Source: Eubacteriales bacterium
GTDB taxonomy: Bacteria; Bacillota; Clostridia; Oscillospirales; CAG-382
Reading direction: 5' to 3'
NCBI GenBank assembly: GCA_045612545.1
Contig: JAZKZH010000034.1
Span: forward strand, 1,556-65,555
DNA length: 64,000 bases
Every line of letters starts with the position of its first letter. The first letter of the stretch is position 1. Positions 24,544 through 33,867 of this stretch are shown here, piece after piece. The translations under genes and the position numbers were made by a program. The notes below the pieces were generated by a model. It did no database searches. It was not told the origin of the DNA and worked only from the letters and a program-made list of their open reading frames with translations.

Positions 24544-27057
24544 ATGGCTGAAAAAGAATACGATTACAGTGCCTTAGAGGTACAGCATATTAAGGATATC
24601 CGCATTGAGGATGAGATCAAAAATGCGTATATCGACTACGCCATGTCGGTTATCGTTTCCCGTGCGTTGCCGGACGTGCGTGACGGCTTGAAGCCGGTTC
24701 ACCGCCGTGTGCTTTACGCCATGCACGAGGATCATCTGACCTACGATAAGCCTCACCGTAAGTCCGCCACCACCGTTGGTGCCGTGCTGGGTAGCTATCA
24801 CCCCCACGGTGACTCTGCGGTTTATGACACCATGGTACGTATGGCGCAGGATTTCTCTTTGCGTTATCCCTTGGTGGACGGTCACGGTAACTTCGGTAAC
24901 ATCGACGGTGACCCCCCTGCGGCTTACCGTTATACCGAGGCAAGAATGGCCAAGATCGCCGGAGAAATGCTGGCGGATATCGAAAAAGACGTGGTGGATT
25001 TCGACCCCAACTTCGATAACACCAAGAAGGAACCCTCCGTACTTCCCTCCCGTTTCCCCAACCTGCTGGTGAACGGCTCTGTGGGTATTGCGGTAGGTAT
25101 GGCCACCAACGTGCCTCCTCACAATATGAAGGAGGTTTGCGAGGCTTGTAAGTACCTGCTGGACAACCCCGAATGCTCCATTCCCGAGCTTATGCAGTAC
25201 GTAAAGGGCCCCGACTTCCCCACCTATGGTACTATTTACGGCACCGCGGGCATTTATCAGGCCTATATGACCGGTAAAGGTCACATCAAGGTGCGTGCCA
25301 AGGCACACTTTGAGGAGAAAAAGGGCAGAACCTCTATCATCATTACCGAGCTTCCCTATCAGGTAAACCGTTCTCTGCTGTTGGAGAACATGGTAAACTT
25401 GGTAAAGCTGAAAAAGATCGAGGGTATCTCCGACATCCGTAACGAATCCGGCAGAAAGGGTATGCGCATCGTTGTTGAGGTCAAGAAGGATGCCAACCCC
25501 CAGATCGTTTTGAATTTGCTTTACAAATACACCCAGATGGAGGATACCTGCGCGGTGAATATGCTGGCGCTGGTGAAGGGCGAGCCCAAGATCCTCAATC
25601 TGAAGCAGGTGTTGCAGCATTATGTAAACCACAGAGAAGAGGTCATTCTCCGCAGAACCCGCTTTGAGCTGGCAAAGGCAGAGAAGGAAGCCCACATTCT
25701 GGAGGGTTACCTCGTAGCCATTGATAACATTGACGAGGTGGTGCAGATCATCCGTCATTCCGCAAGCATTCCCGATGCCAAGCAGAATCTGATGAACCGC
25801 TTCGGTCTTTCCGAGGCCCAGGCCCAGGCCATCGTGGATATGACCCTGGGTAAGCTCACCGGCTTGGAGAAGCAGAAGATCGAGGACAGATTGGCGGCCT
25901 TGATGGCGCTGATCGAGGACTTGAAGGACATTCTTGCCAACCCTGCCAGAGTGTTCGGCATCATCAAGGAGGATCTGGACGACGTTTCCGCCCGCTTTGG
26001 AGATGCAAGACGCACCGATATCGTGGAGGTGGAGAACGAGATCCTGATCGAGGACTTGATCGAGAAGCAGGATTGCGTGATCACCGTGACCAACGACGGC
26101 TACATCAAGCGTCTGCCCGCCGCAACCTACGCGGCACAGAGACGAGGCGGCAAGGGCATCACCGCCATGGGTACCAAGGAAGAGGACTTCGTGAAGAACG
26201 TGTTCGTCGCCTTCTCCCACGATACGCTTTTGTTGTTCTCCAACAAGGGCAGAATGTATACCAAGCGGTGCTTTGAGATTCCCGAGGCCTCCCGTACCGC
26301 GAAGGGAACCAATCTGGTGAACGTTCTGAACCTTTCCGAGGGCGAGATGATCACCGCAGGGCTTTCCATCAAGGAATTCACCGAGGATGAGTATCTGGTA
26401 TTCGTTACCCGCAAGGGCGTGATGAAGCGTGTCCAGCTTATCGAATACAAATCCCGCAGACAAAGCGGCTTGTTCGCCATCAATCTGGATGAGGACGATC
26501 TGCTGTTGGCTGTGCATAAGACCGGCGGCAAGGATCATATCCTCTGCGCTTCTCACAACGGCGCTACCATCCGTTTTGCGGAAACTGACGCCAGATGTAT
26601 GGGCAGACAGGCCCGCGGCGTAGGCGCTATGGAGCTGCGCGAGGGAGATTATCTGGTAGGTGCTTGTGTCATCCCCGGTGGCGAGGACAACGAGGAATTC
26701 AAGGTGATGACCCTCACCGAGGGCGGCTACGGCAAGCGCAGTGAGATCGCCACCTTCCCCCTGCAGAAGCGCTTTGGTATGGGTGTTCGCGGTCACGCGG
26801 TGAACGAAAAGACCGGGCTTCTCACCGGCATCGCTTTGGTAAAGGAAGAGGATGACTTGATGATGATCACCGATGGCGGTATGATCGTCCGTACCGCGGC
26901 TTCCGGCGTTCCGGTTTACGGCAGACCCACCGCAGGCGTTATCGTTATGCGTTTGGCAGAGGACGCCAAGCTGATCAGCTTTGACGTTGCCGCCAAGGAG
27001 GAGATCCCCGAGGCGGTTGCCGCAGAAAATGCTGAAGAAACTATCGTGGAGGAATAA
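24544..27057 (+). CDS. gyrA: DNA gyrase subunit A
   Basis: [24 protein letters not shown], active-site region [14 protein letters not shown]-type segment [10 protein letters not shown], and C-terminal beta-pinwheel repeats. Confidence 0.97.
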   Translation: MAEKEYDYSALEVQHIKDIRIEDEIKNAYIDYAMSVIVSRALPDVRDGLKPVHRRVLYAMHEDHLTYDKPHRKSATTVGAVLGSYHPHGDSAVYDTMVRMAQDFSLRYPLVDGHGNFGNIDGDPPAAYRYTEARMAKIAGEMLADIEKDVVDFDPNFDNTKKEPSVLPSRFPNLLVNGSVGIAVGMATNVPPHNMKEVCEACKYLLDNPECSIPELMQYVKGPDFPTYGTIYGTAGIYQAYMTGKGHIKVRAKAHFEEKKGRTSIIITELPYQVNRSLLLENMVNLVKLKKIEGISDIRNESGRKGMRIVVEVKKDANPQIVLNLLYKYTQMEDTCAVNMLALVKGEPKILNLKQVLQHYVNHREEVILRRTRFELAKAEKEAHILEGYLVAIDNIDEVVQIIRHSASIPDAKQNLMNRFGLSEAQAQAIVDMTLGKLTGLEKQKIEDRLAALMALIEDLKDILANPARVFGIIKEDLDDVSARFGDARRTDIVEVENEILIEDLIEKQDCVITVTNDGYIKRLPAATYAAQRRGGKGITAMGTKEEDFVKNVFVAFSHDTLLLFSNKGRMYTKRCFEIPEASRTAKGTNLVNVLNLSEGEMITAGLSIKEFTEDEYLVFVTRKGVMKRVQLIEYKSRRQSGLFAINLDEDDLLLAVHKTGGKDHILCASHNGATIRFAETDARCMGRQARGVGAMELREGDYLVGACVIPGGEDNEEFKVMTLTEGGYGKRSEIATFPLQKRFGMGVRGHAVNEKTGLLTGIALVKEEDDLMMITDGGMIVRTAASGVPVYGRPTAGVIVMRLAEDAKLISFDVAAKEEIPEAVAAENAEETIVEE

Positions 27058-27059
27058 AC

Positions 27060-27395
27060 ATGGCATCCGAAAGAGAAAGAGCGAAAGAGGAATACCTGGT
27101 TCTGCGTGAGCAGAAGCTGAAGGTGGAAAAGAAGCACGGTTTGGTGAAAATGCTGGCGGACATTCTGTATATGCTTTCCGGCGGTGTGATCATCGGCGCG
27201 CTGATCTATATGTTCTCCGTTTGGACACAGATCGAGGGCGGCGACAGAGTGGTGCGTATCCTGCTGTTTGCGGCAGGCTTTGTTGCTGTGATTGCTTTGG
27301 CGGCTTTTGTTGGCCGCGCGGCGCTGAAAAAGCAGAAGGAGCTGCACGATCTGCAGGTGAAATTGGAGGATCTGGAAAACAAGTATCATCTGTAA
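27060..27395 (+). CDS. hypothetical small membrane protein (2 TM segments plus a coiled-coil tail)
   Basis: Starts 3 nt after the gyrA stop. Two hydrophobic segments (ILYMLSGGVIIGALIYMF; ILLFAAGFVAVIALAAFV). Confidence 0.55.
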   Translation: MASERERAKEEYLVLREQKLKVEKKHGLVKMLADILYMLSGGVIIGALIYMFSVWTQIEGGDRVVRILLFAAGFVAVIALAAFVGRAALKKQKELHDLQVKLEDLENKYHL

Positions 27396-27421
27396 AAGCA
27401 AAGAAAAAAGACCGTTCGGAA

Positions 27422-27466
27422 GGGACACCTACCATAAAGCAGGTAGGTGTCCCTTGGCATTTTTGT
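27422..27466 (+). terminator. rho-independent terminator of the gyrase operon
   Basis: GGGACACCTACC-ATAAAGCA-GGTAGGTGTCCC followed by TTGGCATTTTTGTT. Confidence 0.8.
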
Positions 27467-27655
27467 TGATTGGTTTGGATGCGAGGATGAATTGTAGTAA
27501 AATCAAAATCTAATTTTGGAGGATACTACAATGAAAAAGAACTTTGAATCCCTTTATGAAACCCTCGGAGAAACTTACCGCGAGGAAAATGGACACCTTA
27601 TAGCACAAGTCTGATGTACCCCTGCGTGGGGGAAGTTACATCTTTCTTCCCAACC

Positions 27656-27685
27656 AAAAAGAGACCGATCAAGGTCTCTTTTTCG
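27656..27685. terminator. bidirectional terminator hairpin
   Basis: AAAAAGAGACC-GATCA-AGGTCTCTTTTT lies between a plus-strand mini-ORF and the stop of the minus-strand lipoprotein gene. Confidence 0.7.
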
Positions 27686-27690
27686 TTTCC

Positions 27691-29656
27691 TTATGAAACC
27701 GTCTCCACGGTAAGCTTGACGGCGTTTTGGGAGGTAATGGGGTATTCTGCGGGGATCTCGATGAAGAACATCCACTGCCGTATATCGCAAGTCCCCTCTT
27801 CTCCCGGCCCGGGAACTCTGCGGTCCAGAATCACTTCCACAGTGCCGTCGGTGTGGATCACAACCTCCTTCAGCTTTAAGCTGTTGGAGCCGCTGGTTTC
27901 CATTCGATACACTGCAATGAGGGCGTTCTTTTCAAAAAAGTCTTCATCGTAAACATCCTCGATCTCAATGGGCAGTTCGTTGCCGTAGACCCCGTAATTG
28001 CCGCTTTTGGCGTACTTGTTAAAGAAGGACTGCTTCGCCCAAGGGGTGGCCAGAACGGTGACGTCCGCAGGGGGATTATCGTAATCCAAAAACACCTCCG
28101 CATTTTGATTCTCCGGGTTCAGAACCACCTTTTCGGTAGGCAAATAGGGGATATACCCGCCTTGGGTGCTCTCCTTGATCACGCTGTAACGGAGCTCTAC
28201 CCGCTTGATCTGCTCCCCGTAGGCTTTATCGATGATGTAGAAGTACAATTTTCCTGCCACAGGACCGTCGTACTGATAGCTGGCGCGGTAGCAAACGTCG
28301 AAATAAGCCGTGCCGTCGGAATATATATCGATTCCGCCGCTTCCCACGATCAAGCCCTGATCGGTGCCTTCGCCGTAGCCCCAGATCAAAGCCTTTTTCT
28401 CAAAGAACTCATCGTCGAACATATCCGCATAATCCGCCGTACGGCGAGCATACTCCTCCATCACGGCGATCAGCGACTGTCGATTGGTAACCACCGAAGC
28501 AAGAGGGCCGTCGCCCTCGTACAAAGGCAGATTCACCATCCCGTATCCTTGGCTAAAGGGTACATGGACAGGCACCTCCACCGAGGGAGGCGGCGGGCAG
28601 TCAACCTTTGTATAGAAGTGGCTGTAGCTTGCGGCAGGGTGATCTGCGGGGATCTCAAACAGGAAGACTTTTCCCCCTGCCGTGGGGTTGTCGGGATTCG
28701 GGTTGGGGCAGCTGAACAGCGCATTGACCTCTTTTTCGTTACTGATCAATCCCTCGAAGGTGACCTCTGCGGAGGCGTCCCACAGGTAGACGTACACGCC
28801 GATGAAGCAAGTTTTTTCAAAATCCACCTTCACAAAGGGATCCCAAACGGTATCCGGCAAATAGCCGTAGGGGCAATAGAGACCCATAAAGGAATTCATT
28901 TTTTTCTGGGAGTTCAGCAGTCTTGCCTCGCTTCCTTCAAAAGCCCCTGCCTCCTGAGAGTAGCAATAAACCGTGTATCCCTTCAGCTCCACGGGCGTTT
29001 CCGCTGTGACGGGAACGTCCCGAGAGATCTCCGCCAAAAGCACCCAGCCTGCCATGTCATCAGTTCCGAAGCCTGTGGAATACTCGTTAAAAGTCCATTC
29101 CAAAACGCCGTTTTTCAGCCAAACCGATTCCGTTCCCAGCCGATGCGACCCGCTTCCCACGGGGGTATAGGCGGCAAGGAGTCTGTGGTTCTCAAAATAC
29201 GCCGCGTCGTAGCGATCCTCCAGCTTAACTTCGCCGCCGTACAGGGCGAAAGAAGCGTACTTTTCAAAAAACGCCTGCTTTTCTTCCACGGTGCTGAGTA
29301 CCACCGCAAATCGGTCGTCTTCGTCATAGCGTACCTGCGCCGCTTGGGTGGGCGCATCGATCCAAAGGTCTGTTTCTTCCGGCTCTTCCGGTTCTTTGGG
29401 TTCTTCGGAGGTCTCACCCGGTTCTTCCGGCTCTGCGGGGGTCTCACCGGGCTCTTCGGAGGGTTCTTCGGAGGTGTCACCGGGCTCTTCGGAGGGTTCT
29501 GTGGGTTCTTCGGAAGAAGCCTCCTCCGAGGGCGCAGAGGAAGAATTCACGGCCTCCTCCTTGGATTTCCCCCTTGGATTCCTCCACGGGAAGGGCGGGC
29601 TGACAGGCGGTGAACAGCACCACAGCACACAAAAGCAAAACGAAGATCTTTTTCAT
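27691..29656 (-). pseudogene. multi-domain secreted lipoprotein gene, apparently frameshifted at a C5/G5 run (or phase-variable)
   Basis: A lipoprotein signal MKKIFVLLLCAVVLFTAC starts at 29656 but is in the -1 frame relative to the 645-codon ORF 27691-29628. The two frames would join if the C5 run at 29569-29573 were C4. Confidence 0.6.
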
Positions 29657-29707
29657 GGGGAAAGCTCCTTTCTTTTACAGATAATAAAGATACAGCATAA
29701 ACAGAAG

Positions 29708-30586
29708 CTACTCGGCCTCCTCCACGGTAAGCTTTACGGGATTTTCCGAGGTGATGGGATGCTCCACGGGAATCTCGATGAAGAACATCCACTGCCGAAT
29801 ATCGCAAGTCCCCTCTTCTCCCGGCCCGGGAACTCTGCGGTCCAGAATCACTTCCACAGTGCCGTCGGTGTGGATCACAACCTCCTTCAGCTTTAAGCTG
29901 TTGGAGCCGCTGTTTTCCTCCCGAAACACCGCCAGGAGAGAATTCTTCTCAAAGAACGCCTTGTCGTACCGCTCCTCGATTTCAAGAGGCCGAGGGTTGC
30001 CGTTTTGGTCATAATGGGGGCTTTGGGCGTACTTTGCAAAATAACTTTTCTTTGCCTGCAGAGAAGTCAGCACTGTCACGTCGGCGGGAGGCTCTCCCTT
30101 TTCAAATACCTTCGCATTTTGATTCTCCGGGTTCAGAACCACCTTTTCGGCGGGTACGTAGGGCGCGGGTGCTGCGCAGGGAGGGTCAGGCTCCTCCCCG
30201 GATTCATCTGTTTCCGGCCTTTCCCACTCCTCGGAATAGTCCGGCTCCTCGGAATAGACCGGCTCCTCGGAATAGTCCGGCTCCTCGGAATAGACCGGCT
30301 CTTCGGAATAGTCCGACTCCTCCTGTTCGGGCTGCCCTCCCGGCAGGGACACGGGCGGTTTGGAATCGCCTTGCAGGCTCTCCTCATCCCCCGCGATTTC
30401 CGATGAAGGCGGCAGGGAGGGTGACTCCGCAGGAGATGCCAACTGCCACACCCCGAAGCCCAAGGGCAGACAAATACACAAGAGCAGACACGCCGCCAAG
30501 GCGTGGTGGATATGCCGTTTGCGGGCGTTTCTTTTTGCCTCGCCGCGGCGTTTGATCTCACGGCTGATGGCAATATAATCTTTCAT
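29708..30586 (-). CDS. single-pass membrane protein, probable anti-sigma factor of the adjacent ECF sigma
   Basis: Starts 8 nt after the sigma gene stop. Short basic N-terminus, TM segment ALAACLLLCICLPLGFGVW, (YSEEP[VD])n linker. The C-terminal domain is paralogous to the lipoprotein domains. Confidence 0.45.
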   Translation of the reverse strand: MKDYIAISREIKRRGEAKRNARKRHIHHALAACLLLCICLPLGFGVWQLASPAESPSLPPSSEIAGDEESLQGDSKPPVSLPGGQPEQEESDYSEEPVYSEEPDYSEEPVYSEEPDYSEEWERPETDESGEEPDPPCAAPAPYVPAEKVVLNPENQNAKVFEKGEPPADVTVLTSLQAKKSYFAKYAQSPHYDQNGNPRPLEIEERYDKAFFEKNSLLAVFREENSGSNSLKLKEVVIHTDGTVEVILDRRVPGPGEEGTCDIRQWMFFIEIPVEHPITSENPVKLTVEEAE

Positions 30587-30593
30587 CAACTTG

Positions 30594-31154
30594 TCATTCC
30601 TTTCCCACCGCAAAAGAGGTGTCGTCACATTCCAGAATGGCGCGAAGCTGTTTCTTCCCCCGGTAAAGCAGGTTGTCCACCTGTTTTTTGGAAACCTTCA
30701 TCACACGGGCGATGTCTTCATAGGAAAGATCCTCAAAATACATAAGATACAAGGCCTCCGCCATATCAGAGGGCAGCTTTGCCATGGCGGCGTGGAGGGC
30801 TTTTTTCCGTTCGTTCACCAAAAGCTGTTCCTCCGGGGAGGGTTCTGCGCTTTCCAAGGGAAGCTCCTCGGGAGTCACGTCCGCTATGCGTCTGTGCTTC
30901 TTTAAGTAGTTCAGGGCGCGGGATTTTCCCACCATGAACAAATAGGTCTTTAAGGAAACACGGAAATCGTATCGTTTTTTGTAGGCCACCAGATCGGAAA
31001 ACACGTCCATGGCGATGTCCTCCGCGGCGTGGGGATCCTTCACGTAGCGGTAAAGAAACTGTACCAACGGGTCGTAAAGGGATATTACGATCTCGTCAAA
31101 GGCTTCTTCCTCACCATCCAGGTAGCGGCGGTAGCTACTTGCGCCGTTGTCCAT
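30594..31154 (-). CDS. RNA polymerase sigma-70 family (ECF-type) sigma factor
   Basis: Region 2 (FDEIVISLYDPLVQFLYRYVKDPHAAEDIAMDVF) and region 4 (ALYLMYFEDLSYEDIARVMKVSKKQVDNLLYRGKKQL). ATG 31154 is preceded by aggaagg. Confidence 0.8.
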   Translation of the reverse strand: MDNGASSYRRYLDGEEEAFDEIVISLYDPLVQFLYRYVKDPHAAEDIAMDVFSDLVAYKKRYDFRVSLKTYLFMVGKSRALNYLKKHRRIADVTPEELPLESAEPSPEEQLLVNERKKALHAAMAKLPSDMAEALYLMYFEDLSYEDIARVMKVSKKQVDNLLYRGKKQLRAILECDDTSFAVGKE

Positions 31155-31358
31155 GGTGTGATACCTTCCTTTCTGCTTGTTATACAATCGAAACGGGAAA
31201 ATTCCTCAGCGTTTTTTGATTTTTTTTGAAAAAAGGACCCTCGTGGGGATAAGGTCAGCCCCTACGGGGCGGATGAGGTTCCTATTGACAAAAACAGCAA
31301 GCTGTTTTTGGAACCTTGGGATCGAGGTAAGAGGCGGGGACGTTTCCAACGTCAGCGT

Positions 31359-31701
31359 GTCATTCTGAGGGAGCCCGAAGGGCGAGTCGAAGTTTTGCGG
31401 AGAAAACAAGGTGCATACAGCGGCATAAAAGCAGTTTGCTTTTTGATCTGCATCGGCCGCGATGCACCGTTCGGAGCAAAACCGCCGCAGGCGGGATCTA
31501 CTGAGAGTCTGATGTTCCTTACCAAAGGAAAAGAACTGTTTTATCACAAAGGATGTAAGTTTGCCTTTGTAGGGGTAGATCAAATTCGTAGGAGATCCCT
31601 TCGGGGTGCAAGCACCCCTTGGTTTTGCTCCATCCTTCGTCGCGTTGCTACGACTACTTCCGCAAAACTTCGACTCACGCTTCGCGTTCGCTCAGGATGA
31701 C
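31359..31701. repeat. nested-palindrome composite element, copy E4 (343 bp, core inverted)
   Basis: GTCATTCTGAG at 31359, GAGTCGAAGTTTTGCGGAG, GGAGCAAAACC, core at 31493-31599, GGTTTTGCTCC, TCCGCAAAACTTCGAC, CTCAGGATGAC ending at 31701. Confidence 0.85.
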
Positions 31702-31761
31702 AGAAGCCGTGGCAGTTCGATTCCGCGCTTGCCAACCCGCAGGGTTGGTATGCTCAGAGAT

Positions 31762-31910
31762 GACCAAGTCGGCGTATGGCTGTATACCGTTCATCACTGC
31801 ATACCGCCGACGTCAAAAACGACAAGTCGTTTTTGGAACTGCGGTGCGAAGACCAAGTCGGCGTATGGCTGCATACCACGCTTGACTGTGTACCGCCGAC
31901 GTCCCAAAAA
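31762..31910. repeat. two module-C copies (second truncated)
   Basis: GACCAAGTCGGCGTATGGCTG.ATACC...CCGCCGACGTCAAAAACGACAAGTCGTTTTTGG, then GACCAAGTCGGCGTATGGCTGCATACC...CCGCCGACGTCCC. Confidence 0.7.
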
Positions 31911-31958
31911 ACCACATAAGGCCCTTATACAAAGAGCCTTATGTCACACTTTTTCTTT

Positions 31959-33230
31959 TTAACAGCTCAGCATGATCTTCAAGATCTCTTTATCCGTTTC
32001 ACGCATACCCTCTCTTGCCAAAGCGGAAACGTTGCCGATGGTTTTTTCCACGCCCTTGGTGACCAAACCGTCCCCGCCGAAGAACTGGCGGCCGTTTTGG
32101 TACATATACATTCCCAACAGCCCCGCCTCCACGGAGGAAGCAATTTTTGCGGCGCAGGAAGCCTTTGCACCGTCGCAGACCACCCCGGAATTGATGGCGA
32201 TGGCGTTGACTACGGTATGAGCGATGGCTTTGAAGTCCCCGCCGTAGAGATAAGTCACGCCTGCCCCTGCCCCGCATCCTGCGGAAATGGCCCCGCAATA
32301 GGCGGAAAGACATCCGATGCCCGTCTTCAGATGGATGGTCACAAGGTTGGAGACCAGCAAAGCTCTGTACAGCGTGTCTTGGGAGACCTGCAGCTCCTTG
32401 GCGTACACGATCACCGGCAGAGAGGCGGTCAGCCCTTGGTTGCCGCTGCCGGAATTGATCACCACGGGCAGCTCACAGCCGCACATTCTGGCATCCGACC
32501 CTGCGGCGGCCCAGGCTTTGGCGCGGGTGTGGACGTTGTCCCCGTAGGTATCCAGAAGCACCTTGCCCACGGCGGCGCCGTATTTTCCCGTCAACCCCTC
32601 CATGGCGATGGCGGTGTTGCAGGCGATCTGGCGGGAAAGAATGGGACGAACCTCCTCCAGATCTGTTTCCTCCGCAAACCGTACAATGCCCTCCACGGTC
32701 ATAAAGCTACGGTCGGTACGCTCTGCCTGAGCAAAGGCCTCCTCCTGGGCAAACAGCTCCTTGCCGTCCATTTCGATGCGGGAGATCTTGGTGTGGTCGT
32801 CGGTGATCTCCACCTGCACGGTATGTCCCCCGCCGTAAGCTGTGACGATAATCTCAAACAGCTTGCCGGAATGGGATTGCAAAACGGTAATGGTATTCCG
32901 ATTCAGATAGGCGGCGATATCCGCTACCTGCTCGTCCGACACCCGGGAAAGCACCTCCAAGTGCCGCTTCTCGTCCCCTGCCACAAACCCTGCGGAGACG
33001 GCGGCGGCAATCCCCCGCAGTCCCCCTGTGTGGGGTACGATGACACTCTTGACGTTCTTGATGATGTTTCCGCTGACGGTGATCTCCGCCTTTTCGGGAA
33101 GACAGCCCAAGGTACACCGCGCCACTGCGGCGGCGTAGGCCAGAGAGATGGGCTCGGTACACCCCATGGCGGGGACAAGCTCCTCTCTGAGGATGGCGAT
33201 ATATTTTTGATTTTCGGTGAGATGCTCCAT
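31959..33230 (-). CDS. UPF0597 / L-cysteine desulfidase family protein (serine dehydratase alpha-like)
   Basis: LVPAMGCTEPISLAYAAAVA near the N-terminus and SGSGNQG mid-protein are family hallmarks. Confidence 0.7.
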   Translation of the reverse strand: MEHLTENQKYIAILREELVPAMGCTEPISLAYAAAVARCTLGCLPEKAEITVSGNIIKNVKSVIVPHTGGLRGIAAAVSAGFVAGDEKRHLEVLSRVSDEQVADIAAYLNRNTITVLQSHSGKLFEIIVTAYGGGHTVQVEITDDHTKISRIEMDGKELFAQEEAFAQAERTDRSFMTVEGIVRFAEETDLEEVRPILSRQIACNTAIAMEGLTGKYGAAVGKVLLDTYGDNVHTRAKAWAAAGSDARMCGCELPVVINSGSGNQGLTASLPVIVYAKELQVSQDTLYRALLVSNLVTIHLKTGIGCLSAYCGAISAGCGAGAGVTYLYGGDFKAIAHTVVNAIAINSGVVCDGAKASCAAKIASSVEAGLLGMYMYQNGRQFFGGDGLVTKGVEKTIGNVSALAREGMRETDKEILKIMLSC

Positions 33231-33381
33231 AACAAAACTCCGAGAGATGGGTTATTTTCTTCAGTATATCACGTTTTCCTTGAAAATGCAACAAAAAGAT
33301 CAAGCCTATCTCGGAAAAGGGGGAGAAACCGAAACAGACTTGATCTGAAAGGGGAAATGAAGATGTAATTGTTTGAATTGA

Positions 33382-33867
33382 TCAGATTCCCAAACGGGCA
33401 AGCACCTCTGCGGGAGAAATCCCCAACACCGCGGAAAACTCCTTGGAGATCTCGTCCTTCACCGCTTGTGAGAACCGTTCATCCATGGAACCGGGCTTCT
33501 TGCCGCAGCTCTTGGCGTTTTGCACTCTTTGCTGTAAGGATTTGTAAAGGCAAAGCATTTCTCTGGGATCGTGCCCCGCAAGAATACTGCGGTAACGGTC
33601 TGCCATGGCTTTGGAATTTCCGCTTCCGAAATTGCGGATGGGAATAGAGGGATATTCTGCAATGATCGCCTCCGCCTCATCGCAGGAGAGAAGCGCACGC
33701 ATAAAGACGGTACTGGAAACGGGGACGTAGGAGGTCAACCCGGAATCCAAGCGGATCACGTATACCCGGACAGGCTCTTCCGACAAGGCAGTTTCCCGCA
33801 GAACGATATCTTCAATGCGGCATACACCGTTTCCGCCGTATATGATCTGCTGTCCACACTGAAACAT
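33382..33867 (-). CDS. CarD/CdnL family transcriptional regulator
   Basis: MFQCGQQIIYGGNGVCRIEDIV....YVIR is the CarD_TRCF RNAP-interacting domain pattern; about 160 aa. Confidence 0.7.
   Translation of the reverse strand: MFQCGQQIIYGGNGVCRIEDIVLRETALSEEPVRVYVIRLDSGLTSYVPVSSTVFMRALLSCDEAEAIIAEYPSIPIRNFGSGNSKAMADRYRSILAGHDPREMLCLYKSLQQRVQNAKSCGKKPGSMDERFSQAVKDEISKEFSAVLGISPAEVLARLGI

Noticed and set aside
24574-27066. An 830-codon ORF antisense to the whole of gyrA
   Set aside because: It lies in the exact codon-complement frame of gyrA (same codon boundaries). It is therefore open simply because gyrA uses no TTA, CTA or TCA codons. Its translation is low-complexity (Gly/Val/His/Leu-rich) with no motif and no RBS. 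It is a shadow ORF caused by codon bias.
31269-31288. GGAACCTCATCC read as an ECF-sigma -35 element upstream of the ECF sigma gene
   Set aside because: No CGT(C/A)-type -10 lies at the expected 16-17-nt spacing. The same motif occurs in unrelated contexts and on both strands, so it is better treated as a dispersed repeat.
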